From Lingula anatina (Eukaryota; Animalia; Brachiopoda): a DNA stretch of 64,000 nt. The position numbers and the translations under genes were made by a program. How positions within the stretch are numbered: the stretch's first letter is position 1; every line of letters begins with the position of its first letter. Below are positions 42,328 through 55,633 of the stretch, piece by piece. The notes beneath the pieces are model-generated. The model saw only the letters and a program-made list of their open reading frames with translations. It had not been told where the DNA came from and did no database searches. The stretch covers positions 7,510,954-7,574,953 of the forward strand of contig CM120644.1 of assembly GCA_051362555.1 (NCBI GenBank). Reading direction: 5' to 3'.

Positions 42328-42552
42328 TTAATCATGAACTCCATCATCCAAGTTCATTTCAAAATGGCCACCAAAACTTTCTGTGTATTTCACTTCTCCG
42401 TTCTCGATGTACCAAGAAGTGGCACTGATGGCGTCTTCTCTCTGTGTTATTATCATCGTTGTGTCATAGGTCGTAGTGACGTTACCATGGATATCCAGAG
42501 GGCTACCATCCAGTGATAACACAGTAAACCTGGCGTAGCTGCTTGCATGAAC
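42328..42552 (-). CDS. MAP3K14: Terminal exon of the NIK-like gene (conserved C-terminal domain)
   Basis: VHASSYARFTVLSLDGSPLDI...SWYIENGEVKY resembles the NIK C-terminus as recalled (FSLVTKDGQPV...WRVKHGQLE); acceptor CTCTCCAG at 42553. Confidence 0.8.
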   Translation of the reverse strand, partial: VHASSYARFTVLSLDGSPLDIHGNVTTTYDTTMIITQREDAISATSWYIENGEVKYTESFGGHFEMNLDDGVHD

Positions 42553-42751
42553 CTGGAGAGTAAAATATCAGTAAGTTATTCGTCATCATTTGACCTCTTA
42601 TAGTAAGTGTACTTGAAGGACAGCTACAGATATAATTGCAGTGGTTAGCAAAAACTGGGAAGAAATGGCTACGTGACCTCACTATTGGGGGTCCAGGGCT
42701 GTTTAAAGTGGAAAACTGTCAAGTAAAAGAACAAATTTCCACTTTAAATCC

Positions 42752-42805
<54 letters not shown>

Positions 42806-45800
42806 ACCTCTATCCAATAAAGCTAGGCTAATATAAGGTGTTATAAAAATTTTATCTTGGTGGAAAAATATATATACCAGGAATAAAAACAAGGCAGCAA
42901 AGCTGTCAAATGTACAGACAAAAAGCAGGAAATAACAAAATAGGCTACTGTCAATTCTGATGCAAAAGTACATTATGTTAAACTGCAAATTCAACATCAA
43001 ATTTTAATTATGCTCAACAGGTAATACCAATGTAAGTAAAATGTGTAACAAGCATAAGGCTTCAGGCCCATGGGAGTTCAAGTTCAAACTTCCAGAAACA
43101 GAAGTCAATTAGAACTGCTTTTCCAACTCGGGCTGCATTTTAGTCCTGTATTTCTTTTTTGAAAGTTTGGCAATCATAAGTAACATGGTTTTCCCATAAT
43201 GGTCATCATGGCAGCAGCACCCAAAATTGTGTTTTCTTCTATTCTGATGCAATATTACATAATGGTTAACAGCATAATGACAATCAATTTTTAATAATAA
43301 AATATACGTATCATGGATTTTCAGAAAATGTGACTAGCATGGGTCTTCAAGCCTGTGGAACTTCAAAGTCACACCTTGAAAATGCCAATATGTGAAAAAT
43401 TAAATTTTCACAAAAAACTGTTTAACTGGCAGATTGCATTGCCCACTGAAGCTATATTTTAGTCCCATGTTTCTTTCCTGTAAGTTTGAGAACAGTAAGT
43501 GACATGGTTTTTCTTAAATGGTCATCATGGGAGCGGTGCCCAAAATAGCTTTATTTTCAAATTTTGATGCAATATTACATAATGTTTCACAGCATAATGA
43601 ACATCAATTTTTTAATAATAAAATATTAGTATTATGGATTTCAGAAAATGTGACTAGCAAAGGTCTTCAGGCCCATGGAACTTCAAAGTCACAACTTGAA
43701 AATGCCAAAATGTAAACAAGACAGCACTGTTCTGAAATGTTTTTTTTTTCCATTTTTAACAATTTTTAACATAAAACAAAATTAACAGTTTACTGCCATT
43801 TTTATATGATCAACCAAAAAAATTGATGAGATGGGAAAAATATCAATAGGGCAGTGTTAAATGTCCAATTTCTTCCATTCGGAGATTCTGAACATAGTGA
43901 ATGATTGAATCTGACAAACTGCAATGATACGAGTTTATTTCCATTTTTGAAACTTTATTTCACAATACATGATAACAAGTTTACCATCATTTTTACATAA
44001 TCAACTAACAATGTTGTAAAGATGCAGGAAATGTCAAACAAACACTTTTACGAATCTTTATGGTTAAATAATGAGACTGTTAACATGCCTAAGAATTGAA
44101 TCTGAGGAAGTGTCAATAAAACAGCATAACTTATAAAATAATGGCCCGATTATGCTGATTTTTGAACTTGACCTGCGTTTTAGTAAGACTGATTACTCTT
44201 GTGAGTTTCATGACAACAGGTCTATCGGTTTTCCTTGAAATGTGTTAACAGTGTTGCATATATGCTGAAAAGTGAAAAAACAGCATAACTACTAAAATAG
44301 TGGCCTGATCATGCCGATTTTTGAACTTGATCTGCGTTTTAGTAAGATTGATTACTCCTGTGAGTTTCATGACAACAGGCCTATCGGTTTTCCTTGAAAT
44401 GGGTTAACAGTGTTGCATATATGCTAAAAAGTGAAAAAAACAGCATAAATTCTACAATAATGGCCCGATCATGCTGATTTTTGAACTTGACCTGCGTTCT
44501 ATGAATATTAGTCAGCTCTGTAAGTATAAAGCCAAAAAGTAAAATTGTCTTCCACTTATGGTGTTAACGCTGAAAGTGCACGGCAACGGCGACATGATCG
44601 GCGACGACAGACGCAGGTGATGGCAATATGTACAGACACATATGTGTCTGTACATAAAAATTAGAATCACTGGTTGGTCACCAAATATTTGAAAACATGC
44701 TGAAGTAACACCCTAGTTAGGAGAACACTTGTTGCACTGAACATCACAACTAACAAATTTCCACACGAATGAGTGAATATTCTCACCCTCCCATTGGTAG
44801 TGAATAGCCAAATTCTGGTGCATCAAATAATAGAAATTTTCTATGTAATTTATGGCAATCCAGCCTTGTGATCTGAACCTGACTTTTCCATTAAGAAACT
44901 GACCCTGATGAGCCTTCCTTGTGAAAGACCTCCAGATTGCATCAAAACACTGTATAAGTTTTAATTCCAATATTTGATTCACCACTATTCCTTTCAGTTC
45001 CTCATGATATTACCTTTGTGCTGATCTGTTTTATTACTTCTGACCATTCCCTCTGGTGACCGCCATTGCGTATTCTGATCTCTGCCAGCAGAGTCCTCTC
45101 CTCAGACAGGAATTTGATCTTGAAACCTGAAAAAAAAGATATTCAAATACTGAATGGAAAAAACATTATGTTCGTGATGCTTAGGCCATACATCAAAACT
45201 TTTAACCATTTCACTTATCCCAACATCTTCCAGAAATACCATAATTAGTTACTATTAAAAATATGATATCTGACAGACTTTTTTTTTCTCAAGTCACTAC
45301 TCATTCCACAACAGATATTTTTAGAAAACTATTATGGATCAATTTATTTGAATGTATGCAAATGCTGACGATGGAGGGATGAATTAGATGACTACTAGAA
45401 GTCTTGGAAGAAGAAATCTTGGCCAAACTGGAAATCCGAGGCTCAGGATAGGAAACAATGGAAAAAGCATGCTGAGGCCTTTGTCCAACAGTGGAACACT
45501 ATAGGCTCTAAATGATGATGATGATGATGATGAAATGCTGAACAAAATATCACTTGCTTATTCTCAAAGTGTGTAAATTATACATAAATGTACCACAGGG
45601 AATCCATTCACTGAAGTATCAAACTGACAGAAATCCATCATCTCAATAAGCATAACTACTAATAATGAATTATCATGTCACTGGCATACCAGACATACAC
45701 GTATCATCATTTTTTCATAGTGACATATAATACTACGTTTTTGAAGTGCATCAAAGCAATTTTTCCACGACCTTTTGGTTTTTGAAAAGTAAATGTAATT

Positions 45801-48800
45801 ATGCTCACTGTCATGCGAAGTTTGTTTTTTGAACTTCTGCTGCAGATGCTGCAAGCTGGCCATTTCATCTGGGCCCAGGATCATATTGGCAGAGGCTCCC
45901 CCAACACTTGTGTCTGTGTAGCTACTCTCTGCGCTTAGGTCATAGGATGCATCTTCAGTGTGAGGCTAAAGTGAAGCAACTTTGAATTAATAGATGTTTA
46001 AAACCTACTAGATACTTTTATTGAGCAAACAAAAAATTTACTCTATTAAGCAGAATTACTTTATGTCATCATGACCCAAATGCAATATCGCCTACTCCAA
46101 TTAGAAGCTTTCTTGCATGATCTCCTACTTAAAAGTTAAAATGACAACTTATTAAGTTTAAGAGCTACAATGGCAAAAATTAAGTACATAAGTTCTGCAT
46201 TACCAACCAATTCCAACACTGGTATATATTGATATACAAACTCATCCACATGCTTTTAATAGCCAATTTGATTGCCCCGTCACAACCTACCACTGCGCCC
46301 TCTATTTTGTCAAACACTGAGAGATGGAGCATGCTGGACTCTGGGGACTCTGTGCCGGACTGAGACATGTGGTCCACTTGGTACTTGGTCAGAGTCTCTG
46401 AAATAAGACCAACACCACTGGTCAGTTAGTCTGTGCTTGCAGGGGGTTCAAACTCATCTCCCCTATTTGAAATCTATAGCATTCTCTCAAAACTTCAGAT
46501 AAATCAACTGCTAAAACTGAATGCTTTAAATAAGACTGCATTGTAGGCAGGGAAATTTAAGAACATCAGTGTGATATAATTTCAATATCAAGACAACTTC
46601 ATATTTCACCTGGCATCTTTAAGTCTGCATATGACACATCTTAAGGGGAACAAGACTGCACAGGCATGGATAAAACAGCATTAACATTTTTTTTTTTGAA
46701 AATACAATGCACCTGGACAAAACAGGAAAAAACTTACCCTCCAGTAATCTTTCCAATTCTTTATCACTTTCCTCTTGACTCAACTTGGAGCTCTGTCTGG
46801 ACACATCGTGACCACTAAGTGACCGGTACCTCGACAACTCTGTTGCTGAGGAAGACATGTGACTGGGTGGTGTCCCATACACGCCAGTGCTGCTACTTCC
46901 ACTGCGCAGCCTCTCACTGGAGCTGGAGTGCCCCAAAATGGGAGTGACAGGTTGACTCTTTGGACTTGCCCATCCAGGGGTGTTGGATCTTGAAAAAGGA
47001 CTTGATCGTCCCATAGAATGGGCACTAGATGGTGTTGAGGTGGCCCGTGAGGCAGGGCCTACATGTGTGGTCCTTGTGGATAGGGCTCTTGTGTTGAACA
47101 CGTTTCCAGGTCTTACTGGACTTAAAAACCCCCAGGGGCTTCCTCTAGAGGGTGTGGCAGATCTTATTCCAGTTGGTGTAAAGCAGCTGCCACCCAATGC
47201 TGTGGAAGAACCTGTGAATGTCCCTGTTGTCTGCTGGGGATATGGGGATGACCCTTTCTTTGCCAGGGGCTGCTGAAGTCCTTGCTGTGGTATATCTGTC
47301 ATTTCCTGCTGGCCCTGGATCTCATGAGCACCCAGTCGAGCTGGGCTGGATTCCCTTCTTCCAGCTGGTTTATTAACCCCCTCAGAAGAACCTGGGGCAG
47401 ATGATGATCTTGTTCTTTTGTCATCAGAGAAACCCAATTCTGATTGGCTATTGGTCACATTGGGAATATTCAAATGTAAGTGTCTGGGTGACTCTTGGGA
47501 TTTGGACTCGCAGCTCATGTTGCTTTTATCCTGCAATGTTGTACTAGTTGAGTTAGGTAACTCTGCTACTACAAGGGGTATCAAGGGTAGAGAAGAAGGT
47601 GCTGCTCCCTGCTGGCCATTGCCATGGAGATCCTGTTGATTTTCATCAGAGGGATTTGGCTGAGTGGCATCTGGGTTGGGCATCTGGTATGAAATCTTCT
47701 CAGTCATGGTGGAAACACTGGATGACATACTTTTCTCAAAAACACTCAGCACGGGAAGTTGAGGTGACAGAGACTTTCTATTCATCAAGGGCGATACATC
47801 ATTTGCTGACATCTGTACTCTCTCAAATTCCAAAGGAATACTGTCAACTTCTCCAGAGGGAGCCATTTTCTGCACTGTCACATCAGGAGGTGGACAAGAT
47901 GTCTGTGACATATCTTCAACTTTCTGACCACCAGATGTAGATGTTGCAGGTTGATCAAACCCAGGGACCTTTTCTCCTTGTGCTGAAACACCTAGGTCTG
48001 TAGGCTCCCTCTGCCTTTCTGCCTCTCCCAGTGGTGCCACAATGTCCCCTTCATCAACAGGCCCAGGACCATACAGCTCATCACTTTTGATGCCTCCCAG
48101 CTCTTCATCTATTGGTAACAGAGCCTGGAAGATACTGGAGCTCATTGGACTCTGCAGCTGGGAGACATTCTCTCCAAGTGCTGGTAAATATCTGCTGTTA
48201 TTGTTGGAGTTGTTGTTGTCTTGTCCAGTGCTAAGGGCCAAGGACATTGGTTGTCTAGGTAACTGACCACTGGGCTGAGCAACTGGTTGATAGGTTTTCT
48301 CATCAGACCCACAACCGGTCACTTCGGGGGAGTGATGACCATGGGGATGGTTTTGACCTCTGACAAGATGGTTTTGCTGTTGACCAGGCACAGACTGGCC
48401 CTGTGGTGTCCAAGTGCCCTGTCCAGTAAGTCCTGTACCTTGTTGGTCATCATCCACAATGCTGCCTTGTGATTTAGAGAACATGCTGCTTTCATCTTGG
48501 TTCTCGCTAGAAAGTGCACCACTTGGGTTTTGAATAGATAACTGGGACTTGAAGCCCTCCTCAGCCTTTGACAGGGTCAGATCTTCCAGAAAAGCTGGCA
48601 CAAAACTAGCAGGTTGTTGTTGGTGCGACTCATCATTTTCACTGGAAATCTTCTCCTCATCTTCAGTAGGTGACTTTCTTCTGACCTTTTCCTTGGTTTC
48701 AGATTCTTCAGTATCCTGCTTCTCGGGTATGCTGTTGCTGCTTTCCTCATCTTCATGTCCTCTGTTTGGTTCTTCTGGATCTGTTAAGGCATGTCCTTGT

Positions 48801-51800
48801 TCTGACAGTGGATACTGTCCCAACTGTGGACTCCCTGTTTGTGCTGGATGTGACAGAGACGATTGCGTTAGATGAGCCTCACCACCAGATTGTGTTCCAG
48901 ATGTGAAATGAGCTACAGAGAGGGTGTGCTGGAACAATGCCTCCAGGTCGGGAACTGTGGTGGTTTGGTCAATTTCCTGGTGCTGTTGTTGTTGTTGTTG
49001 TTGCTGTTGTTGTTGTTGCTGCTGCAATCCTCTTTGGTCTATATTCAGCTGGAGACTCTGGAGCTGTTGCTGTTGCTGCTGTTCTTGTTGCTGCTCTTGT
49101 GATCCATGTAATACAGGATACACTTGGTAAACCTCAGGCTGTGATGGACCTGAAAATACCAAATCATATGCTTTAAATAAAAAGTGGACATTTTTTTGGC
49201 CATAAATTTAGCAGCTCTTCCTCACTAAAATCAAACAAACCAGGTAAATTACACATCCCTAAAGTTTTATCTTGTAACATTCCTAGTTTTTGAATTCAAC
49301 CCTTGATAAAAAGTGGACATTTTTTTTCTGGCAAAAAATTATGCAATTGTTCCTCTCTAAAATCAATCAAAACTCTTAAATTAAATAACTTTTATCTTAT
49401 AACATTCCTAGTTTTTAAATTAAATATGCTGACTGGTGACCAATTAATTTCTTTTTCGACTTAGCAAAAACAATGAAATGTTGAGACGTTTAAAATATGG
49501 TGACCGAAAGAGGGCAGCACAGTCAAAAGACAAACCTCTCCAGGTCAACAACTCCTTCTCTGCCAACAGAGAGAATGCTGGGTGTTTCAGGAGATTCTTG
49601 GCTGAGGGACGTTTCTCAGAGTTGGTCTGCCATCCTTGTAAAATCAAATCGTGAATTTTGGGGTGCAGATTGCTAGGTATGTCTTCAGTTGGGGGAGAGT
49701 TCATTTTGATCTGAAAATGTTACAAAATAATTCACACATTTCATTTTTCAATGGGATTTTAGCTTGCCAGTAACTCTATTCTTCAGTTAAATCAATCACA
49801 GCAAGAACATTCTTCAGTTAAATCAATCACAGCAGGAACAATGAGAAAATTGTATAAATAAATGAGGCAAGATCTTGATGAGAGAATGATGTCAAACAAG
49901 ATGCAATGGGAAGGCATGTCAAGAAAAATCAGAAAAATCAATGAAAAACTCCACTTAGTTTGGGCTGACACAAAATCAAATAGCTCAGACTTTAAATACA
50001 ATGCGACAGATATAGTCCTTTGTGAAATGTAAAAAAACAGTGGTTGTTAAAAATAGAACAAGTTATATAAACTTACAATGAAGTGTAATAGTCCTGCGCC
50101 AGGATACCTACGCACCCATGGATGGTGTCCCGTCAACATGTGAATGAACACGCAAATGGCCGCCCAGACATCAGAGCGGCAGTCATGACCCTCGCTGGCA
50201 GCTTTTTCTGGGCTCCACTGGGTTTGGGCTCCTATTGGCCTGTGCCCAGGAGACAACACCCTCTGGTGGCGTCCCAGACGCCTGGACAAACCAAAGTCAG
50301 TGAGGGCAATGTGGAGGCTCTCTGCCTTCAGTAAGATGTTGTCAGCTAGAGAGTCAATAATATTTGGTGTTATTGATGATCAGATAAAATCTTTCTGAAT
50401 CAATATTCTTGTGTGTTTGTCATCATCTATTCATCATGGACGCAAAACAAAAAAGTAAATTGGTGATCACAGTTTTTAGCCATCTCTTATGTTAGCTATT
50501 TGAAGGAATTGTTATTTTACTTAGCTGAAAAATTTCAAGCATTATTCTAAATCAATTTAAAGACAAGGAGGTTGTAAGTACAACTTTGGGAAATCACTGA
50601 TACATTTTTGTATAAAATAACTTCATTATATCACTTTGCTATTGCAAGTTAAAAATGACAACCCACTTTTTTGTTGTGGTCAAAATGACTGATAAAGCTC
50701 AGAATTTTATGCAGTGACTTGGAAATGACCCCTTTTTTTCAGGTGAGGCACAAAATGGCCTTTTTTTCAGTAGAGCAACAGTCAGTGATGAGAGAAGATT
50801 TAGAAAAACAAACAAAACAGAAAATACCAGCACTGATTTCTGGATAAATCTGGAAGCCTATCATCTCGAAAGAGTTAATGTGAAATTGCCCTCTATACCT
50901 TTCAAGTCTTCGTGGATTATTCTCTTCTCGGCAAAGTAGACCAGTACTTCCAGGACCTGTTGTAAGTACAGCAGTGCCGCCCAGGGACTGAGACACTCCT
51001 GGCTGGTGATGAACTCTGTCAGTGAGCCACCTGGTGGTAAAGACAATGAACTATTGGTTTGTTCTTATATATTAAACTGAAAACAAAAATCCATTGTATA
51101 GCTGGTGGAAAAATGGAAGGCAAATCACAATACAAAACTTTGAATTACATAGAGCATGAAAACCTTTTGGCTTGTGATAAACTGTTGGGGTGATATCTGG
51201 AAAGAGTAACATCACAAAGAATCATCACAAAAATCTTTAGAATTTTTAAAATTAATTTAAATATTTTTTATTCTGGTACAAGCACATTTTTCACAATGAC
51301 AGTGACCTAATTATACTTATTGAAACTAATGCACCATTGTGTAAACAATTTTTCTCTTCCCTTCTCTTTCACTTTTTTTTTGTCAGCTCACCTTCCATTA
51401 GCTGCATAAAGATGTAAACTTTACGCCCAGTTCTGATTGCCCCATACAGCTCGACAACATTCGGGTGCTGAAGGTCTGCCCAGATAATCAGTTCTTCCTC
51501 ATTGTAATTCAACAGGTCCACCTAGAATGTAATAGAAAACATCATGATAAACAAGAACTATACAAATTATTTGATAAATATTCTGTTTCTGGGATTAATT
51601 CACTGTCACCAGTTTTACCTAGAAACAACCGCCACTGACATTATTCTCCCTAATCTTTCCTTTTCACTTCAAAAGCAGGACATTTTGCCTAAGGCAGGAA
51701 ATCACCAACTGCAATAGTGCTGTGGACTTACCTTCTTCACACAGAAGCTGAATTCGTTGTTGAAGTCCTGGGCAATATGGCACCTCCCTGCTACACCGCT

Positions 51801-54750
51801 GCCCAAATACGTACACTTATACCACTGTGAGTCCTTCTCGTAGCGGTCGTTGATAACCTTCAGGTCCTAGAAAGATCCCAACAGAACCTCTATGAGAGAG
51901 CTTTGTAAAGTAAATGGTGGTAATTTTCAGGCCTTATCATAGGCTCTATTCCCATAGATTTTAGATCGATCTATCCCCGCGGGGAGTCTCACTAGATTAC
52001 TTTCAGATAATCCGACTTAAATGTCCGTCCCGCCTACTACAAGCTCTAAGGGGATAATTAACTTTCGTGTCCGCCCGGCTGACAGCTATTTAGCGTGAAC
52101 CCCCAGGGAGTTAGGTCGATCTAAAGTAGGTCGATCTAATCTATGGAAATGGGGTGATAATTACAAAATGCGGGGAATGCAGTGAACCAAACACTTTTAA
52201 AGTGAAGCACTTCAAAACACCACAAGTACAAATATATTTCTTTCTGATCTTTTACTCTAATACACAATGTTGTATGTTGACATACAACACCTTTCAATCA
52301 TCTTGTTATTACTTGATAATCACTGCAACGTCAATTCACCTAAATGTAAATATATAAACATAATCTGTAACAGTGTACCAACTAGTATTGCCTTTGTTGA
52401 AATTATTTTGCAATTCTACTGGAACCTTGTTACAGATCACAAACATACTACTTTGTTACAAACCAAACACAAGCTATTTTGTTACAGATCACACACATAC
52501 TACCATGTTTCAGATCAAACATTTTATAAAGGTGTTACAGACATTTTTCATCCCTAGAGAATTGCACCAACCTCCTTTATTATAATCCCCTCCTCCTTTC
52601 TGCCAGGTGGCATCATCTTCCCAGCAGCCACATGGTCCCGAACCTTTGTCCAATACTTGGCCAAATCTTTCAGATTTCGCGGGGTTCCATATGCCACTTC
52701 CCCGACACCAGGGAGATGTCTGCTGGCTGCCCTCACTGAGGTAATTCTGTTTGGCTCGAACACTTGTGTCTTCAGCTGCACGGGTAGACTTGCGATGCTG
52801 TAAGGTTGAGTGTTCACGGGCGGGAGGGCATTATCATTATATGGGAGGTCAAAAGTCAAGTGATCGGGGGATGGGCTGAGTGGCACCGCTGACTCGGGTT
52901 GTGGAGACAGCAGAGCCCTCTGCTGTTTCTGAGATGCCATGTCCTTGCTCAAGTAAACACGCAGCTCCTCCCTGGTGGCGCTCTGCAGATCTTCCATGTA
53001 GCTTCGCAGTGCAGTCTGGTTGTCTGTGTCGTCTTCCCCCATTGGTTCAAATTCAACATGGCTGCCAGGCTGGTTGTAATTAGGCAAAACTCCTCCACTG
53101 GGAACATCAGCCTGGTCCAAACGAAAACCAGAATCATCATCGTTACCTCGCAGGAAGCTGGAGAGGGCCTCTTGGTTGTGCAAGGACTCAGTCTCCTCTG
53201 GAAAATTCAAAGATGGTGGGTTCTGTGTCAGATGAATGGCCTCAACGCGTAAGGCTGCAGCTTCTTGGTAAATTCTGTCTAGAGTTTCCTTCACATCTGC
53301 TGGGGCGTTCTCAGGAGCATGTGCTGGTGCATGTGCAGGAGCAGCAGGTACGACGACATCCTCGGTAAAACCGGCTTTTCCAGTCTTGCCAGAAGTGTAC
53401 CTGGCAAATGAAAGCGGTGTTTTGCCTCCACCATCCGTCTCTGTCCTTCCCCCTAGAGGTGTGGGTGTGCCAGTTCCAGGCAAATTTCTTCCACCTGCTA
53501 CAGAAACTGAAGCTGAGACAGCCAGTCCCAAACCCTGCAACCCCCTGGGACTGAGGGGTGGGAGACCCTGGGGGACAGATTGTGGAGGGCCCATGGAAGT
53601 TGGTGGTGGGGGGTGCAATGCAAAGTTTTCACTGATGGGCTCCATCTTTGGCTGATATCTTTTTGTGCTTCCTGTGCGACGGGGCTGTCCTTTCCCTGGT
53701 GGAGGTTGACCTCTGACCTCCTGACCCCCATCTGCTTGTTGAAGTCTGTTAAAGCTTGGAGGGTTGTCTTCAGCATTCTGATTAGCTGACCCAGGAAGAG
53801 AAAGGACATCAGGTATATCCTCGCCCAATGACAGGAGACTTCTCATACTGTCGCTCTGCAGGAATTCCAGGCTTCCGAGAGAAAGACGACGGTGCTGACG
53901 ACCGAAGTTCTTCTTAATGGTGTTCCAAACAATATCCTGTCTTTTAAACATACGATTGCGTGAATCGTACAGTTTTCTTCTGATCCTTCCACACAGCTCT
54001 GAAAGACAAGGCAGTATATATATATATTTGACCAACCCAGACAACAATGCTATTTTCATTCTCAACTCTCCGACTGATACAAAATAAAAACTTCAGAATA
54101 AGATTTTAGCCAGCAATAATATAAAATCAACTATTGTTTGAGGAACAAATCATTGATCGACTTCTCACAGCTTTAAAACTTGTGGGAATTGTTTTACCCA
54201 AGTAAATCTTCCCAACACTTTTAAAGACAGAAAACTCTATACTCACCCATAGAGCAACTACAAGTGCCATTCAAGTCGTCCTCAACACATCTGTTAATGT
54301 GATACATGAACAAGTTAAACAGGGCCTCACAACTTCTGCACACCCTTCTTGTGTCAACACAGCGACCAACATGGCGGCATAAAAAGGAGAGGTGGTCGCA
54401 AATTTCACAATCAGTTTGGTTCCCAGCAGCAGGTCCTGAAATATCAAGATCACACTTTTGATAAAAATTTTGAAAGAGCAGATGAAAATGGCTGAAAATG
54501 TTAGAATGAACTTTTGAAACAAATGTGTCTCCTGAAAAGAAGGACAAGGTCACACTGTTCTGATACAATCCCATCCTTTTTTCAAATATAGAACTAATGT
54601 TATGCTCACAAGTTTGAAACACACAGACATCTAGATAGTTTCCATAACCCTGTAAGTGATGCTGTTTTTGGCCGTGTTATAGGGGTGGAAAAATCAGTGG
54701 CTTGGGAGCCGCAAAGAGCAGAAAATATCAACGTAATAATCACAAAGTAA

Positions 54751-54789
<39 letters not shown>

Positions 54790-55578
54790 AACATGTCCGT
54801 CTTTACCTGTGGTCAACCAAAACTGCAGACACAAGTTTAATTCTCCAAAAGCCTGCTGCTGTATGTGGTGACTGTCCAACTGCTCCTGTGTCCCCAGGAC
54901 ATCTTCTCCGCCTGGATCAATATTCACCTTCAGCTAAAAATAATAAAACAGATACAATGTATACATGTGTTGTGTTTAGCCTTAGGTGGAGAAAATTGAC
55001 TACTTTGGGACAAAAATTTTAAAATAGCTATGATTTAGTCTCATATTATGAGAGAAGCATCAGGTTGAATGCCCAAAGGTTCACCAGCACTCAGGGAACT
55101 GTGGGCATTCAGCCTGATTCTTAGGTTTATGGGTGTAGGTGGACCTGAAAACTGCTAATGGTTTTAAACAACATATGAAAGTATTGGTCAACTAAAACCT
55201 TCAGTATGAACAAAACAAACAGCAATCAATGTGCTTCAGTTAATGGTACTTTTGACAAGCAAAAGAAACCTGATAAAAAGTCATAAGAAATAAAAAATCA
55301 ACTAACTGCTAACAAACAATCAGTAATTATCACACTACAAAATGTAACCTTACCCATCCAATGGCAGTGGTTATGTCCATATCCTTCAGTTCACCATGTT
55401 GCCTGCCGCCTTTCTTTCGTGGCCACTTGTAATCTTTCTTCACGAGTCCATTACGAAGACTGTCCCTGTTATCGTGGGGTCTGCTGTGGTCTCCTCCTCC
55501 TTCACCATCAAACCCATCCTCCTAAAATCAAATAAATGTGTTTCAGGGAAAATCACATTAACTGTAACTGGAGAAAAA

Positions 55579-55633
<55 letters not shown>

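Noticed and set aside
46980-49176. Plus-strand ORFs with poly-Cys/Leu/Val
   Set aside because: Antisense shadows of the poly-Gln kinase exon.
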